NCBI GenBank assembly: GCA_963749495.1
Contig: CAVVMW010000021.1
Location: forward strand, 640,001 to 704,000
Length of the DNA: 64,000 bases
Reading direction: 5' to 3'
From: an uncultured bacterium
GTDB taxonomy: Bacteria; Verrucomicrobiota; Verrucomicrobiia; Limisphaerales; UBA8199
Within the stretch, counting starts at the first letter, position 1. Each line of letters starts with the position of its first letter. Position numbers and translations under genes: made by a program. This document shows positions 49,715 to 60,436 of this stretch, piece after piece. Under the pieces are notes generated by a model. The model did not search any database. It was not told the DNA's origin and saw only the letters and a program-made list of their open reading frames with translations.

Positions 49715-52210
49715 TCACGGCACGGAGCGGGTCCGATAAAAGGCCTGCGGCAGGCGGTTTGAGTTGGTGAACGTCAAGTATCCGGCCGTGGCCGCGTTTG
49801 CGGTCGAGGCCCTGTTGGTGCCTTGCGGCACCCAGTTCACGGGCGGCTTCAAGCTGGTCGCGAGGTCGAGGGCATAGCTCGCGCTGGGAGCGCCGAGGTA
49901 GGTGAAAACGTTCGTCCCGGTTCCCGCCCTGGCCAACAACAACTGGTTGGGAGTTGGCCCGGAGAGCAGCGCCTTGGCCAGGCAGAAGGAGACGTTGGTT
50001 CCTGCCGTCTGGAAGCCCCCGCCCACGTAAAGGTTCCCTGATCTATCGCAGGCTAGAGCATTGATGTAGCCGCCCACTCCCGAGCCGAGGACCGACCAGG
50101 AACTGCCGTTCCACTTGGCGATGTTGTTGGCCGGTATCTGGCCCGCCGTGGTGAAGGAGCCGACGCCGTAGAGGTTCCCCTTGGTGTCGAAGGCCAGGGC
50201 AAAGACAGAGGTGTTTGCGTCACCTATTCCGGAGCCGAGGGCGGACCAGGCGCTGCCGTCCCATTTGGCGATGTTGGCGCAGCTGACTCCGCCCGCCGTG
50301 GTGAATCTTCCGCCCGCGTAGAGGTTCCCGGGACCATCCCAGGCTAAGCCCCTGACTTCACCGGGGGGTGGCCAGATGCCGGCGCCGAGAGCGGACCAAA
50401 CACTGCCGTTCCATTTGGCGATACCGTTGACGCTTACCGCGCCCGCCGTGTGCAGGTTGAACCCGGCCACGTAAAGGTTTCCGGAACCATCGCAGGCCAG
50501 GGCGGTGACCAAACAGGGACCATACGCATCCTCGAGGGGCCCACCCCCAACCCAAGGGCCGACCAACTGCTACCGTTCCATTTGGCGATGCAGTTGGCCC
50601 CCACGCCACCCGCGTTGGTGAAATAGCCGCCCGCGTAGAGACTTCCGGACTTATCGAGGGCCAGGGAAAAGACATAGGGACCATACCCCTCAAAATTCAC
50701 GCCGCTCACGCCCGAGCCGAGCCCAGACCAGGTGCTACCGTTCCACTTGGCGACGTTGTTGGCACTCACGCCACTCGCGGTGGTGAATTCCCCGCCTACG
50801 TAAAGGTCCCCGGAACTGTCGAAGGCCAGAGCATTGACCTGCCCGGCCACCCCCGAACCGAGAGCCGACCAGGAACTGCCGTTCCATTTGGCGATGTTGT
50901 TGGCGCTCACCCGACCCGCACGCGTGAAGGCCCCCCCTGCGTAAAGGTTCCCGGAACTGTCGAGGGCTAGAGCACAGACGTAGCCGTTCAAACTCAGCGT
51001 TGCCAAACCAAGTGCGGACCATGCGTTGCCGCCCCATTTGGCAATGTTGTTGGCGGCCACCGTGCCCGCCGCGCTGAAGTCTCCGCCCGCGTAGAGGTTC
51101 CCGGAGCTGTCGCAAGCCAGGGCCAAGACCCAGGTGGCAGTCACGCCGCTCACCCCCGACCCGAGGGCCGACCAAGCGTTCCCGTCCCATTTGGCGATGT
51201 TGTTGACCGTCACCCCGCTCGCCGTGGTGAACCACCCACCCGCGTAGAGGTTCTCGTCAGTGTCCAAGGCCAATGCATAGACGGAGCCGGGGCCTGTGCT
51301 GCCTATCCCCGGGCCAAGGGCGGACCAAGCGATGCCGTCCCATTTGGCGATGTTGTTGGCGATCACTCCGACCGCATTGGTGATGACGAAACCCCCGCCC
51401 GCGTAAAGGTTCCCCGAACGGTCGCAGAACAGGGCACAAACGACAGCCCCACTCCCGCTGCCGGGCTTCAGGCCCGAGGCCAGCGCCGACCAGGCGCTTC
51501 CGTTCCATTTGGCGATATAGCCGGTGTTGCCCAGATCTCTGTCTATGGTGTAGGAGCCCGCGTAGAGATTCCCGGAACCATCGCAGGCCAGGGCAGAGAC
51601 GCCGCCCGGAAGGTTGGTGTACGAACCGAGGGCGGACCAGGTGCTGCCGTTCCACTCGGACACACCGCCGGAGATCACAGACTCCTTGGAACCTGATGTC
51701 CACGATGCTCGCCCAACCGGCGTAGAGGTTCCCATTAGTGTCCAAGGCCAGGGCAGTGACAGTGGCGTCCATGCCTGAGCCGAGGGCGGACCAAGTGCTG
51801 CCGTCCCATCGGGCAATGTTCCTGGCATTCACCCCGCCCGCATTGGTGAACGACCCGCCTGCGTAGAGGTTCCCCCTGCTGTCGCAGGCGAGCGCAGAGA
51901 CGCCACCGTTTAGGTCACCAACCCCTGACCCGAGTGAGGACCAGGCACTGCCATCCCACTTGGCGATGTTGGTCGCAATAACCGTGCCGATCGTGCTGAA
52001 GCCTCCACCCACCGCGCCATTGTAGATGTTGAGCCCTCCTCCCCCCGCATAAACATTGCCATTCGCATCTGCCGCCATTGCGTTGATCTGACCGCCCGCG
52101 CCTGGCTGTCCGCCCATGCTGACCCAGTTGGCGTCGCTGAAGGTTGGTTGCCCGAGCAGGCGCAACTGGGCCATGCTCAGCATTGCCAGCGCAAAAATTG
52201 ATGTTTTCAT
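49715..52210 (-). CDS. Secreted beta-propeller repeat protein with C-terminal 'FYR' domain; frameshifts near 51680 and 50550
   Basis: Signal peptide; about 12 repeats 'ALAxDxSGNLYAGGxFTxAGGVxANNIAKWNGSxWSALGSG' across three ORF frames. Confidence 0.85.
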
Positions 52211-52319
52211 AATTCACCCAAGTAGTGAGTCCGCAGGAGGGGCCCATCGTTTGCCGCGGAGCACTCTCTGTTCTCTCCGTTTCCCCCTGTTCTGTTCTGA
52301 ATCGTGAAGGTCAAGAGGA

Positions 52320-52530
52320 TTGTTCGCTCGCGGTCCAACGGCGCACTCGGATTCGCACTCACACATTCGCTTCATGTAGAGAAGCGGAATTCCTAAACCA
52401 TTCCCGCCAAGTTTTTTTGGAGCCAGCGGCAAAATTGACCGCAAAGAACGCAGAGATCACAAAGAAACGCCTCAATTCCGTCGGCCTTTGCGTTCTTTGT
52501 GTTCTTTGCGGTTAATTCCGCAACCTGTTC
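52320..52530 (-). repeat. Relic hairpin / intergenic / kinase 5' end cassette (copy C)
   Basis: Matches 42640-42935 and 47060-47140. Confidence 0.85.
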
Positions 52531-52878
52531 TTAGGCGCCGGCCTGGATTTCCTCGCGCAGCCACGTCTTGGCGAAGGTCCATAATCGCTCGGCCCTGAGC
52601 AAGGGCAGGCCGAGCGACCCGGCGGCTTCCGCCATCCTCAAGCCCGCAAAGTAGCGCAGCTTGACCGGTTCGGCGGACACGGGATCGCGCCGGGCGAGTT
52701 GATCCAGCGCCTCGTGAACCGCCAGGAGTTGATCATCCGCCGAGACGGCCTGGAGCTTGGAATCCGACAACTCCACACGCTGGGGGTCGTGCCCGCACTT
52801 CTCCGCGGCGCGTTGCCGCGCGCGCTCCACCAGGATGCGGCGCATGGCCTCGGCGGCGGCCCGGAAGAAATGCTCGCT
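52531..52878 (-). pseudogene. 3' fragment of an ECF sigma factor nearly identical to 47144-47719
   Basis: 'EHFFRAAAEAMRRILVERAR...WTFAKTWLREEIQAGA'; the 5' third is replaced by unrelated DNA. Confidence 0.85.
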
Positions 52879-52994
52879 GTGAGGGTAATTCTTCAAGATG
52901 GCCTCCAACTGCACAAGGATGTTGGAACGAGTGATCAACGGCATCTCAAAGCTTTCAATGGCCCGCCACATCATCGCGTGGCCGATGTCTTTTT

Positions 52995-54650
52995 TGTGAC
53001 GCCCTGCAATATGCCCACGACCAAGGCATCGTCCACCGCGACATCAAACCGGAAAACATCCTCCTGGACCGGCGAGGGCGCGTGAAGGTGGCGGACTTTG
53101 GGTTGGCCAAGCTGCTCGGGGCTGCCGCCGAACCGGTGGCGGGCGCGGCGTCCAACCCCGCAACCTTGACCCAAGCCGGCAAGATCATGGGGACACCCAA
53201 CTACATGGCCCCGGAGCAGTTGGACCACCCAGAGGCCGTCGATCACCGCGCCGACATCTACTCCCTGGGCGTGGTGTTTTACCAAATGCTCACCGCGCAA
53301 CTGCCCGGCAGGGACCTCGAACCGCCTTCGCACAAAGTGCAGATTGACGTCCGCCTGGATGAAGTCGTGCTCCGGGCGTTGGAAAGGAACCCCGAACGGC
53401 GCTACCCCCAGGCCAGCGCCTTCAAGACCCAGATCGAGGCGATCGCTGCCTCCGCCGCCGAACCGCTGTCGGATCGAGGCCAGCCTACAGGCGCGGATGC
53501 TGCCTTGGCCGATTCGAGGACGGCCATGCGCAAGATACTGCTCTGGCACGCGCTGCTTCTGCTGATCGTCGTGGCGCTGTTCATCGCCGCCAGCTACCTG
53601 GTTGAGCGATATGCGACGGCGCTCGCGCCGGGCGGGCAACTGCCGGCAGCCACTCGCCTGGTCTGCGCCCTGGCCGCCACCGTCGAAGGCTGGTGGTTCG
53701 TCATCATCCCTGCTTTGCTGGGCCTGGATGCCGCGCTTTGCTGGGCAGCCAGACGCCTTGCCGGACGGCGCGGCCTGGCGTTCTGCTCCGTCGCCGGTGT
53801 CATGGTCTCGCTGCTGGCCGCCGTCTATGCGGCTATAGCGGCTTTGTTGCCCTTGGAAGATGCGCTGCGCCAGCAGAGACCCGAGGCCAGCTCCCTTGGT
53901 GGAGCCGCGCGGAACAGGGCGGATGCCGCTCCGCCGGCATCGGAAGAACAACTGCTGGCTCGTTTTAAGTCGGCACTGGAGAACAAGGACACCAATGCTC
54001 TGATGGCCTTGGTTAATTGGCAGGGTGTTCCAGAACCTACCAGGCTCCCTTGGCTCTTTCCGGTGCAACAATTCCTGGCCCACTTGCCCGCCGGCGCGCC
54101 CGTCTCGGTCCGGTGCCGGCCCCTGCCGCCGGATTTCGAAACCGAAATGGTGCGCGACGGCATCCGCTATCTACCGAACGTCGAGCTTCTGGGCATGGTG
54201 GACTACTCCTTCGCAGTTATGAATAATGGAACCAACACCGGTTGGTCCATTTCGATGCCCTACGGAACGAAAGGCGGTTCGTTCTACCTCGCCGGGACGG
54301 CCGGGCAGAAGATCTATGAGCCAAAAACCAAAGATAAGGTGCTCACGGCGCAAATTGATGGGGTCACCTTCGGCCCCCACACCACGACGATCACCGGGTC
54401 CTGCGTCTATGTTCAAAACGGCAAAGAACTCAAGAAAGACTTCAAGGGCTCTACGCACATCCTTATGTTCGGCGACTATATAAAGTCCTGCATCGTGCAG
54501 ATAACCTCCGAAGACAAACAGGCGCCGCAACTCTTCATCAACGAGGACGGGAAAAGGGTCTTTGAGTCCGCAAAACTCGACGGCAAGGAACCCATCGTTT
54601 ACGAGCAACCCGCCCAACCGCCCGCAGCGAATCAAAAGGCCGGCCATTGA
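52995..54650 (+). pseudogene. 5'-truncated membrane Ser/Thr kinase
   Basis: Begins at '[21 protein letters not shown]', has DFG and YMAPEQ but no Gly loop or VAxK; ~3 TM and an extracellular domain follow. Confidence 0.8.
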
Positions 54651-55343
54651 ACCCCGAGAATCCGACCGGTGCCGACCCCGCCCCCGACGGCATTTTCGCC
54701 ACGACGCAATGGACGCGAATACTGGCCTCCCGTGGCGACTCGCCCCAAGCCCACCAGGCGCTCGGCGATCTGTGTGCGGCCTACTACCTGCCGGTGTTCG
54801 TTTTGATGCGCCGCGCCGCCCGGAACGAGGAGAACGCGCGTGACCTGACCCAGGAGTTCTTCGCCCGCCTCCTCTCCGGGCACGGGCTGGCCCAGGCCGA
54901 CCCGCAGCGGGGGCGCTTTCGCTTCTTTCTCCTGGGGGCGGTCAAGCATTTCCTGGCCGATGTCCGCGATCGCCGGAGCCGCCTCAAACGCGGCGGCGGC
55001 CAGTCTCCCCTCTCCCTCGACTCCGCCCGGGAGACCTCCCCGGCCCTGCAAGTCGCGGACACCAGCCTGTCCAGCCCGGAGCTCGAGTTTGACCGCCAGT
55101 GGGCGCTGACGTTTTTGGCCCGGGCGCTGGATCGGCTCTCGGGTGAGCAGGCTGCGGCCGGCAAAGCCGCACAGTTCCAGGCGCTTAAGCCATGGCTCAT
55201 CCCGTCTGAGCCGGGGGTTGCCCAAGGTGAGGTCGCGGCGCGCCTGGGAACGACCCCGGGGCCCTGAAAGTGGCCGTCCACTTCGCGATCCGGATGACCT
55301 GCGCGACCCGCTTGCCCAGATTCAGCAGGTTCTGATCCGATAG
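54647..55343 (+). pseudogene. ECF sigma factor, paralog of 28201-28953, disrupted in region 4
   Basis: 'FATTQWT', 'LCAAYYLPV', 'ARDLTQEFF', 'GRFRFFLL', 'FDRQWA'; frameshift at ~55260 (GALKVAVH) and the usual RLRxRYR segment is missing. Confidence 0.75.
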
Positions 55344-58300
55344 GGCAGTAGGATTGGTCAGCGAGACGAACAATTGGCCCGCCCAGTGCAAGGGGACCAA
55401 GAATGCCCTCTCAGGCACGGACGCGATGTCTATTTCAGCCTCCAGCAGCCCCAGATCAAATGTTCCTGCCTCCTGACCAGAGACGGGTTCGGGTATGGTG
55501 ATTGCCTTCGTCAGCGTGCCGAGGGCCTCGTAGGAGCCGCCAAATCCCATAGCCGGCTTGCCTGGATCCGAGAGCCGGATCTTCAGCTCGTAGGTGCCGG
55601 GCTCAACATCGTCTATTTTGAAGGAGCCATCCTTGTCGAAGACCAGCACATAGCTCCGTCGGTTGCGCTGTGCCTCCCGGCCTGCCTCGGACTGCCAAAA
55701 GGCCATTTTCGCATCTAACCACGCCTTCCTGGCAGCCTGGAACTCGGCGGCGGAGGCGAATGCTCCCGGTTCGGGCGCCGCAGGAACACCTGCCGGTTTG
55801 GTCTCTAGTGTCTGAACGTCCAATTGCCAATTGATTTGCTGCGCGGGCCTGCCACCGCCGAGCATGAGCTTCCCGACCACTTTGCACCCCGTTCCTCCCA
55901 GCGTTACAAAAGTCGTTTGGCCGGCCTGAACTTGGAATTGCCTCATCTGGCTTTGGGGAATCGTCCCCGCTTGACCATCGCGGAAGCTCAACCGATGGGA
56001 GATTTGCAGCGTCAAAGGTGGCACGCCCTCGAAGGCAAATCGGCCTTCCGCATCGGTCTTGCCCTGCAGGAAAACCGAATAGCCGGTGCGTTCTCCATAA
56101 AGCGACAGGAGCGCCAAGCCAATGGTCTCATTGGCGCCGGGCTGGCTTCCAATCTTCAAGACACCCTCCACCCGCCCCCAGGGCAGCAGGGTGACAACAG
56201 GCGAGGCCGCGAGCGCTTTGGGCGTAGCGGAGGCAAAACCTGCCGGGCTGAAGACCACTATGTTCGTCGCCCCCGACGTGGGCGGGAATGAAAACCAGCC
56301 TTGCGCATCCGTCTCCTGACGATCTGCCCCGGAGAATTTCAGATCGAACTGGCCGGGCAATTTCATATAAACCCATTTCTTGTCCGTCATCAACATGGCC
56401 ACGGCCCCGGCCACGGGCCTCCCGTCGGGCAGACGCACCTGGCCGCTTAAAGGGGAGGCCGGTTCGAGCCGGAAGTCGAACCGGGAATCATTGGTCATGG
56501 CACCTCGGCCGCTCACTTCGGATGGGCAATAGCCCTCCGCGCGGACTTCCAGCGTGTATGTTGCAAGGACATCGTGGTTGGTGAATGCGAACTGCCCGGA
56601 ATTGCCAGAGGCTCGAAGCCGTAAAGGGCGGGGTGCAGTCATCGGCTTGCCGTAACCGGTATGGATGTTCTCGGTGAACGACATCCAGACCTCGAAATGA
56701 CCAAGCGGTTTGCCGCTGGCGTCGTCAACCGCTGTGCCAAAAATGCGCACCGGAGGTGGAATGGTGCGCAGTGTGACCAGGTGTTCGGCGCCATCCGCGG
56801 CCCACTGGACCTCGGGCAGCGGTTGGTAACCGCGCGCATCAACCACGTAGAACTCCGGTTTCGGAGGCGCGGAAAGCCATTCAAATCTCCCGTCCGCGTC
56901 TGTGGTGGCGGTCCACTCGAACCGTTTCGCGTTCGAGTGGCTGCAAACTTGGACGGTGGCTTTGGGGACGGGTCTGCCACTCTCGTCCACAACACGGCCA
57001 CGCAACACGGCGCCACGGGACAGCGTGAAGCGCGATTCCGCCGGCGGAACGGGCCCGTTGAATCTGAAATCCTCGGGACTGTATCCCTCAGCCTGAACGG
57101 TGAGAAAAGAGATCGTGCTCTCGGGAGGCGCCCAGCGCGGTTCCGAAGAGATGTTCGCAAAGCGAAAGCGGCCATCGGGTCCGGTCCATTGGCTTGCGGT
57201 CGGCTCTGCCCAGTCGCAGTTGGAAGTGACCTTTGCCCCGCCAACCAGGCTTCCCAGTTCATCCACCACCATCCCCGCAGCCACGGCGCCATGCCGTAAC
57301 AGCATGACCGCAGTCTCGTTGCGGAGGTCGGCTTCCGCCAGGTAGATCGTGCCGTTGTTGGTCGCGGGACCCAGCGCCCCCGCCCCAAACCTGACCGGCG
57401 CATAGTCAGGATGCGCAACCTGGAAGTCGATTATCCCGAACTGCTGGGGCACATGACTGCAATGCCATCGGCCCTGGCTGTCGGTGAGCTCCACGTGATA
57501 GCGGCTCGTCATGGTGAGGCGTTCCCGATCCAGGGACTCGGCGGGTGCCCGGTATTTGGGAACGTCAAAGACCACCCTGGCGCCAGGAACCGGCTCAAAG
57601 GCCTCATTGATCACCACGGCGCCGATATTGACCGCCGGGGTCAGTTTGGTCGCGTATTCGGTGGGGATGTCCCTGGGGTCGTCTCCTTGCCGTTCCGACC
57701 AACTCACGTATTTGGGCACATACCCGTCCCGAAAGACCTCGATGCGGCAGTCCCAATCCCGCGCGGGAGTGCGGTCGATAGCGAGCAGGGCGGTCCCTTG
57801 CTGGTCAGTCGCCGTAGTGTTTGTCGCATGGTTGGGGAAATCGGTGGTCCAGACCAGCGTCAGCCGGGCCTTGGCGACAGGTCTTTGGGTTTCGGAATCC
57901 ACGACACGAAACCGCAGCCCCTCGAGCCTGGCGGGGCCGGTTCTTGGTTCGTCGGCTGGACCGTTCACGTCTGCCCTGGATTTGGCTGCCACCACAAAGC
58001 CGGCGGAGGCTGCGGGGCTTGCGATGGCGGCCGCCCGAGGCCTGCTTCGGTTGAGCCCGAGCGCCGCCAGCCAGATCACCACCGCCATCAAAACGATGGA
58101 TGTCCCCTGGAGCGCGAGGTTCCTGAGCCGGGCGGCTGCCCAAGCCGCGAGCGTTAGGTCCGCCAAGGAGGAAATGAGGCCGGCTCCAGCCGCCCCTGCG
58201 ACCACCGCGCTAGAGACCGCGCCAGCCAGTCCCTCAGGGGCGGCCTGGACGGCGTGGGCGCTCATGGCCCCGGCGACGAGCGCCCCTGGCAGCACAACCC

Positions 58301-58820
58301 CGCGCTTCATGAACCTGGACCGCAGTTTCTCCACCGCCCGGGCAACGCGTTTCTGGGCGTTGTCCTCTGTGGTGCCGATGGCGTCAGCGATTTCCTTGAA
58401 GCTCTTTTGCTCAAAGAAGCGCAGAGCGACGGCGTTCCGATCCCGCTCACTCAGGCTAAAGAGGGCTTCGTCCAGAAGAGGAGCGATTCCTTTCCAGGCA
58501 GCCTCTGTTTCGGAGGCATAGAGGCTCATGGCTTGTTGTTCGAGGTTCCGCCGGTGCAATTCCCTGCGCCGGGCGTTCAGGGCAACAAAGCGCGTCGTGC
58601 GGAGCAGCCAACCGGAGAGGATCGCGTCGGCTCGGAAGCCCGCGGCTTTGCGGGCCAGGATGATGAAGACCGCCTGAGTAATCTCCTCAGCGCCGGCGTG
58701 GTCGCCCGTTTGGCGAAGGGCGGCTGAATAAACCAGGCTGGTGTATCGGTTTGCCAAAGTCCCGAAGGCCTCTTCCGAGTTCCGCACCGCGTATTCCTGC
58801 AATAACTCGAGGTCGGTCAT
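55197..58820 (-). CDS. ECF sigma factor with TM and a long C-terminal extension of carboxypeptidase-regulatory-like beta-sandwich domains
   Basis: 'MTDLELLQEYA...SEEAF', 'AEEITQAVFIILARKA', 'LRFFEQKS', 'AQKRVARAVEKLR'; repeats 'GRVVDESGRPV', 'TDADGRF'; 3' end overlaps the convergent pseudogene. Confidence 0.88.
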   Translation of the reverse strand: MTDLELLQEYAVRNSEEAFGTLANRYTSLVYSAALRQTGDHAGAEEITQAVFIILARKAAGFRADAILSGWLLRTTRFVALNARRRELHRRNLEQQAMSLYASETEAAWKGIAPLLDEALFSLSERDRNAVALRFFEQKSFKEIADAIGTTEDNAQKRVARAVEKLRSRFMKRGVVLPGALVAGAMSAHAVQAAPEGLAGAVSSAVVAGAAGAGLISSLADLTLAAWAAARLRNLALQGTSIVLMAVVIWLAALGLNRSRPRAAAIASPAASAGFVVAAKSRADVNGPADEPRTGPARLEGLRFRVVDSETQRPVAKARLTLVWTTDFPNHATNTTATDQQGTALLAIDRTPARDWDCRIEVFRDGYVPKYVSWSERQGDDPRDIPTEYATKLTPAVNIGAVVINEAFEPVPGARVVFDVPKYRAPAESLDRERLTMTSRYHVELTDSQGRWHCSHVPQQFGIIDFQVAHPDYAPVRFGAGALGPATNNGTIYLAEADLRNETAVMLLRHGAVAAGMVVDELGSLVGGAKVTSNCDWAEPTASQWTGPDGRFRFANISSEPRWAPPESTISFLTVQAEGYSPEDFRFNGPVPPAESRFTLSRGAVLRGRVVDESGRPVPKATVQVCSHSNAKRFEWTATTDADGRFEWLSAPPKPEFYVVDARGYQPLPEVQWAADGAEHLVTLRTIPPPVRIFGTAVDDASGKPLGHFEVWMSFTENIHTGYGKPMTAPRPLRLRASGNSGQFAFTNHDVLATYTLEVRAEGYCPSEVSGRGAMTNDSRFDFRLEPASPLSGQVRLPDGRPVAGAVAMLMTDKKWVYMKLPGQFDLKFSGADRQETDAQGWFSFPPTSGATNIVVFSPAGFASATPKALAASPVVTLLPWGRVEGVLKIGSQPGANETIGLALLSLYGERTGYSVFLQGKTDAEGRFAFEGVPPLTLQISHRLSFRDGQAGTIPQSQMRQFQVQAGQTTFVTLGGTGCKVVGKLMLGGGRPAQQINWQLDVQTLETKPAGVPAAPEPGAFASAAEFQAARKAWLDAKMAFWQSEAGREAQRNRRSYVLVFDKDGSFKIDDVEPGTYELKIRLSDPGKPAMGFGGSYEALGTLTKAITIPEPVSGQEAGTFDLGLLEAEIDIASVPERAFLVPLHWAGQLFVSLTNPTALSDQNLLNLGKRVAQVIRIAKWTATFRAPGSFPGAPRPHLGQPPAQTG

Positions 58821-58934
58821 AGATTGAGTCTTCCACCTGTATAATGTCTCGACCCGGGCAGAATCCGACAACGAATTATACGAAATGGATGGCATCAGTG
58901 TCTATCTGATGAACAAACCCGAACTCCAACGAAT

Positions 58935-60263
58935 GTGAGCGCCAACGAACAGCCCGAGGGTGGCACGGGATCTCGCGGCAGCACGGAGTCGCTGCCTCCG
59001 GAGCTCAAGTCCTTTGCAGCCAGGCAAGAAGCCCGCGCCAAGGAATTGGCCGCCAGGCACAATGCGGGTCTGCCCACGGTGGTCTGGGCCTATTTTGATG
59101 CCGCCAAGCAACGCAACTGGCCTGAGATCTCGCGCCTGGGCGACGAACTCCGCGAGCTGGCTCTTCCACCGGGGATGCCCAGGCCCGACCCGGCCGTGGT
59201 TTCCCAAGTCTGGGCGGCAATAATGGAGATCTGGATGGCGGCGGCCCAATTCGCGCTGGCGGAGCCTCAATACGCCCTCGCCTTCGGACGAGGCCTGATC
59301 GAGTCGATCCGGCCAGGAAGCATCTTCTTTGCGGGGACGGATGCGGGACGCGGATTGGCCACCGTCCTGTGCCGTTCGCACGAGACCGGCGACCCGTTCT
59401 TCACCCTCACGCAAAACGCGCTGGCGGATCGGACTTATCTTCGTTACCTGCGGGAGATCTACAGTGGCAGCATATTCATCCCGTCGGACGACGACTTGCA
59501 GCACGCTACCGACGAATACCTCCGGGGCCTGGACCGCCGGGAGAAGGAAAACCAACTCAAACCCGGCGAAATGGTGCAGCGGGTGGATGGCACGGTCCAA
59601 CTCACCGGACAGATTTCGGTCATGGCCATTAACGGTGCGATGGCGAGACTCATCTTTGAGCGGAACCCCGGGCGGGAATTCTTCGTGGAAGAGAGCTTCC
59701 CGTTGGAATGGATGTATCCGCACCTGCTTCCCCACGGCTTCATCCTGGCCATTGCTCGCGAGCCGCTGCCCGCGATTCCGCCCGAACAGGTCGAGAAGGA
59801 TCGCCGGTTTTGGCGGGAGCGGCTCGGCCAAATGCTCGGGGATTGGCTCCAGCCGGAAACGTCCGTGGCGGAAATCTGCGCGTTCGCCGAACGAGTGTTC
59901 TTGCGCAAGGACCTGACTGGGTTCGAGGGCGATCCGAGATACGTCGCCAACGAGCACACTTGCAGGGCATTTTCTAAACTGCGGAGTTCAATCGGAGGCG
60001 TTTATTATTGGCGTGCAAAGGTGGATCCGAACACGCCGGACAAGCCCTCTATGGCTGAGGCTGCGGACTTTGCCTTTCGCCAGGCGCTCGCGTTGTGCCC
60101 TTCCAGCGCGGAAGCCGTCTTCCGCTACGCCAGCCTCCTGCTGGCAGAACGCCGGCTCGCCGAGGCACTGCAACTCGCGGGAACCGCGTCAAAGCTGGAC
60201 CCCGAAAACTGTCAATTGCGGGATTTGGCAGGACATATCCGCGGCAACGGACAGGAACACTGA
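58935..60263 (+). CDS. Hypothetical protein resembling the soluble domain of DUF2723-family proteins, TPR-like tail
   Basis: 'SIFFAGTDAGR', 'LTQNALADRTYLRYL', 'VMAING', 'FVEESFPLEWMYPHLLPHG', 'ADFAFRQA..CP...EAVFRY'. Confidence 0.6.
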   Translation: MSANEQPEGGTGSRGSTESLPPELKSFAARQEARAKELAARHNAGLPTVVWAYFDAAKQRNWPEISRLGDELRELALPPGMPRPDPAVVSQVWAAIMEIWMAAAQFALAEPQYALAFGRGLIESIRPGSIFFAGTDAGRGLATVLCRSHETGDPFFTLTQNALADRTYLRYLREIYSGSIFIPSDDDLQHATDEYLRGLDRREKENQLKPGEMVQRVDGTVQLTGQISVMAINGAMARLIFERNPGREFFVEESFPLEWMYPHLLPHGFILAIAREPLPAIPPEQVEKDRRFWRERLGQMLGDWLQPETSVAEICAFAERVFLRKDLTGFEGDPRYVANEHTCRAFSKLRSSIGGVYYWRAKVDPNTPDKPSMAEAADFAFRQALALCPSSAEAVFRYASLLLAERRLAEALQLAGTASKLDPENCQLRDLAGHIRGNGQEH

Positions 60264-60436
60264 CCCGTTTATCGAGGGTGCCGTTCGGGAGGGGAGAAAA
60301 CCCCTGCTCGCCCGGGCCTCCATGGAGTGGCAGGGCCTTCGGAGGGACCCAGCCCGGCCAAGTCGGATCGGGCGCTGAAGGTCACATCGCCTTTGAGCTG
60401 GGTGGATACTCGCCATGAGTATGCGCAGTTGCCGCC

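Noticed and set aside
254..55343. Programmed frameshifting or mass pseudogenisation
   Set aside because: About a dozen single-base shifts in unrelated intact genes with no common slippery motif; assembly indels are the simpler explanation, though reads are needed to confirm
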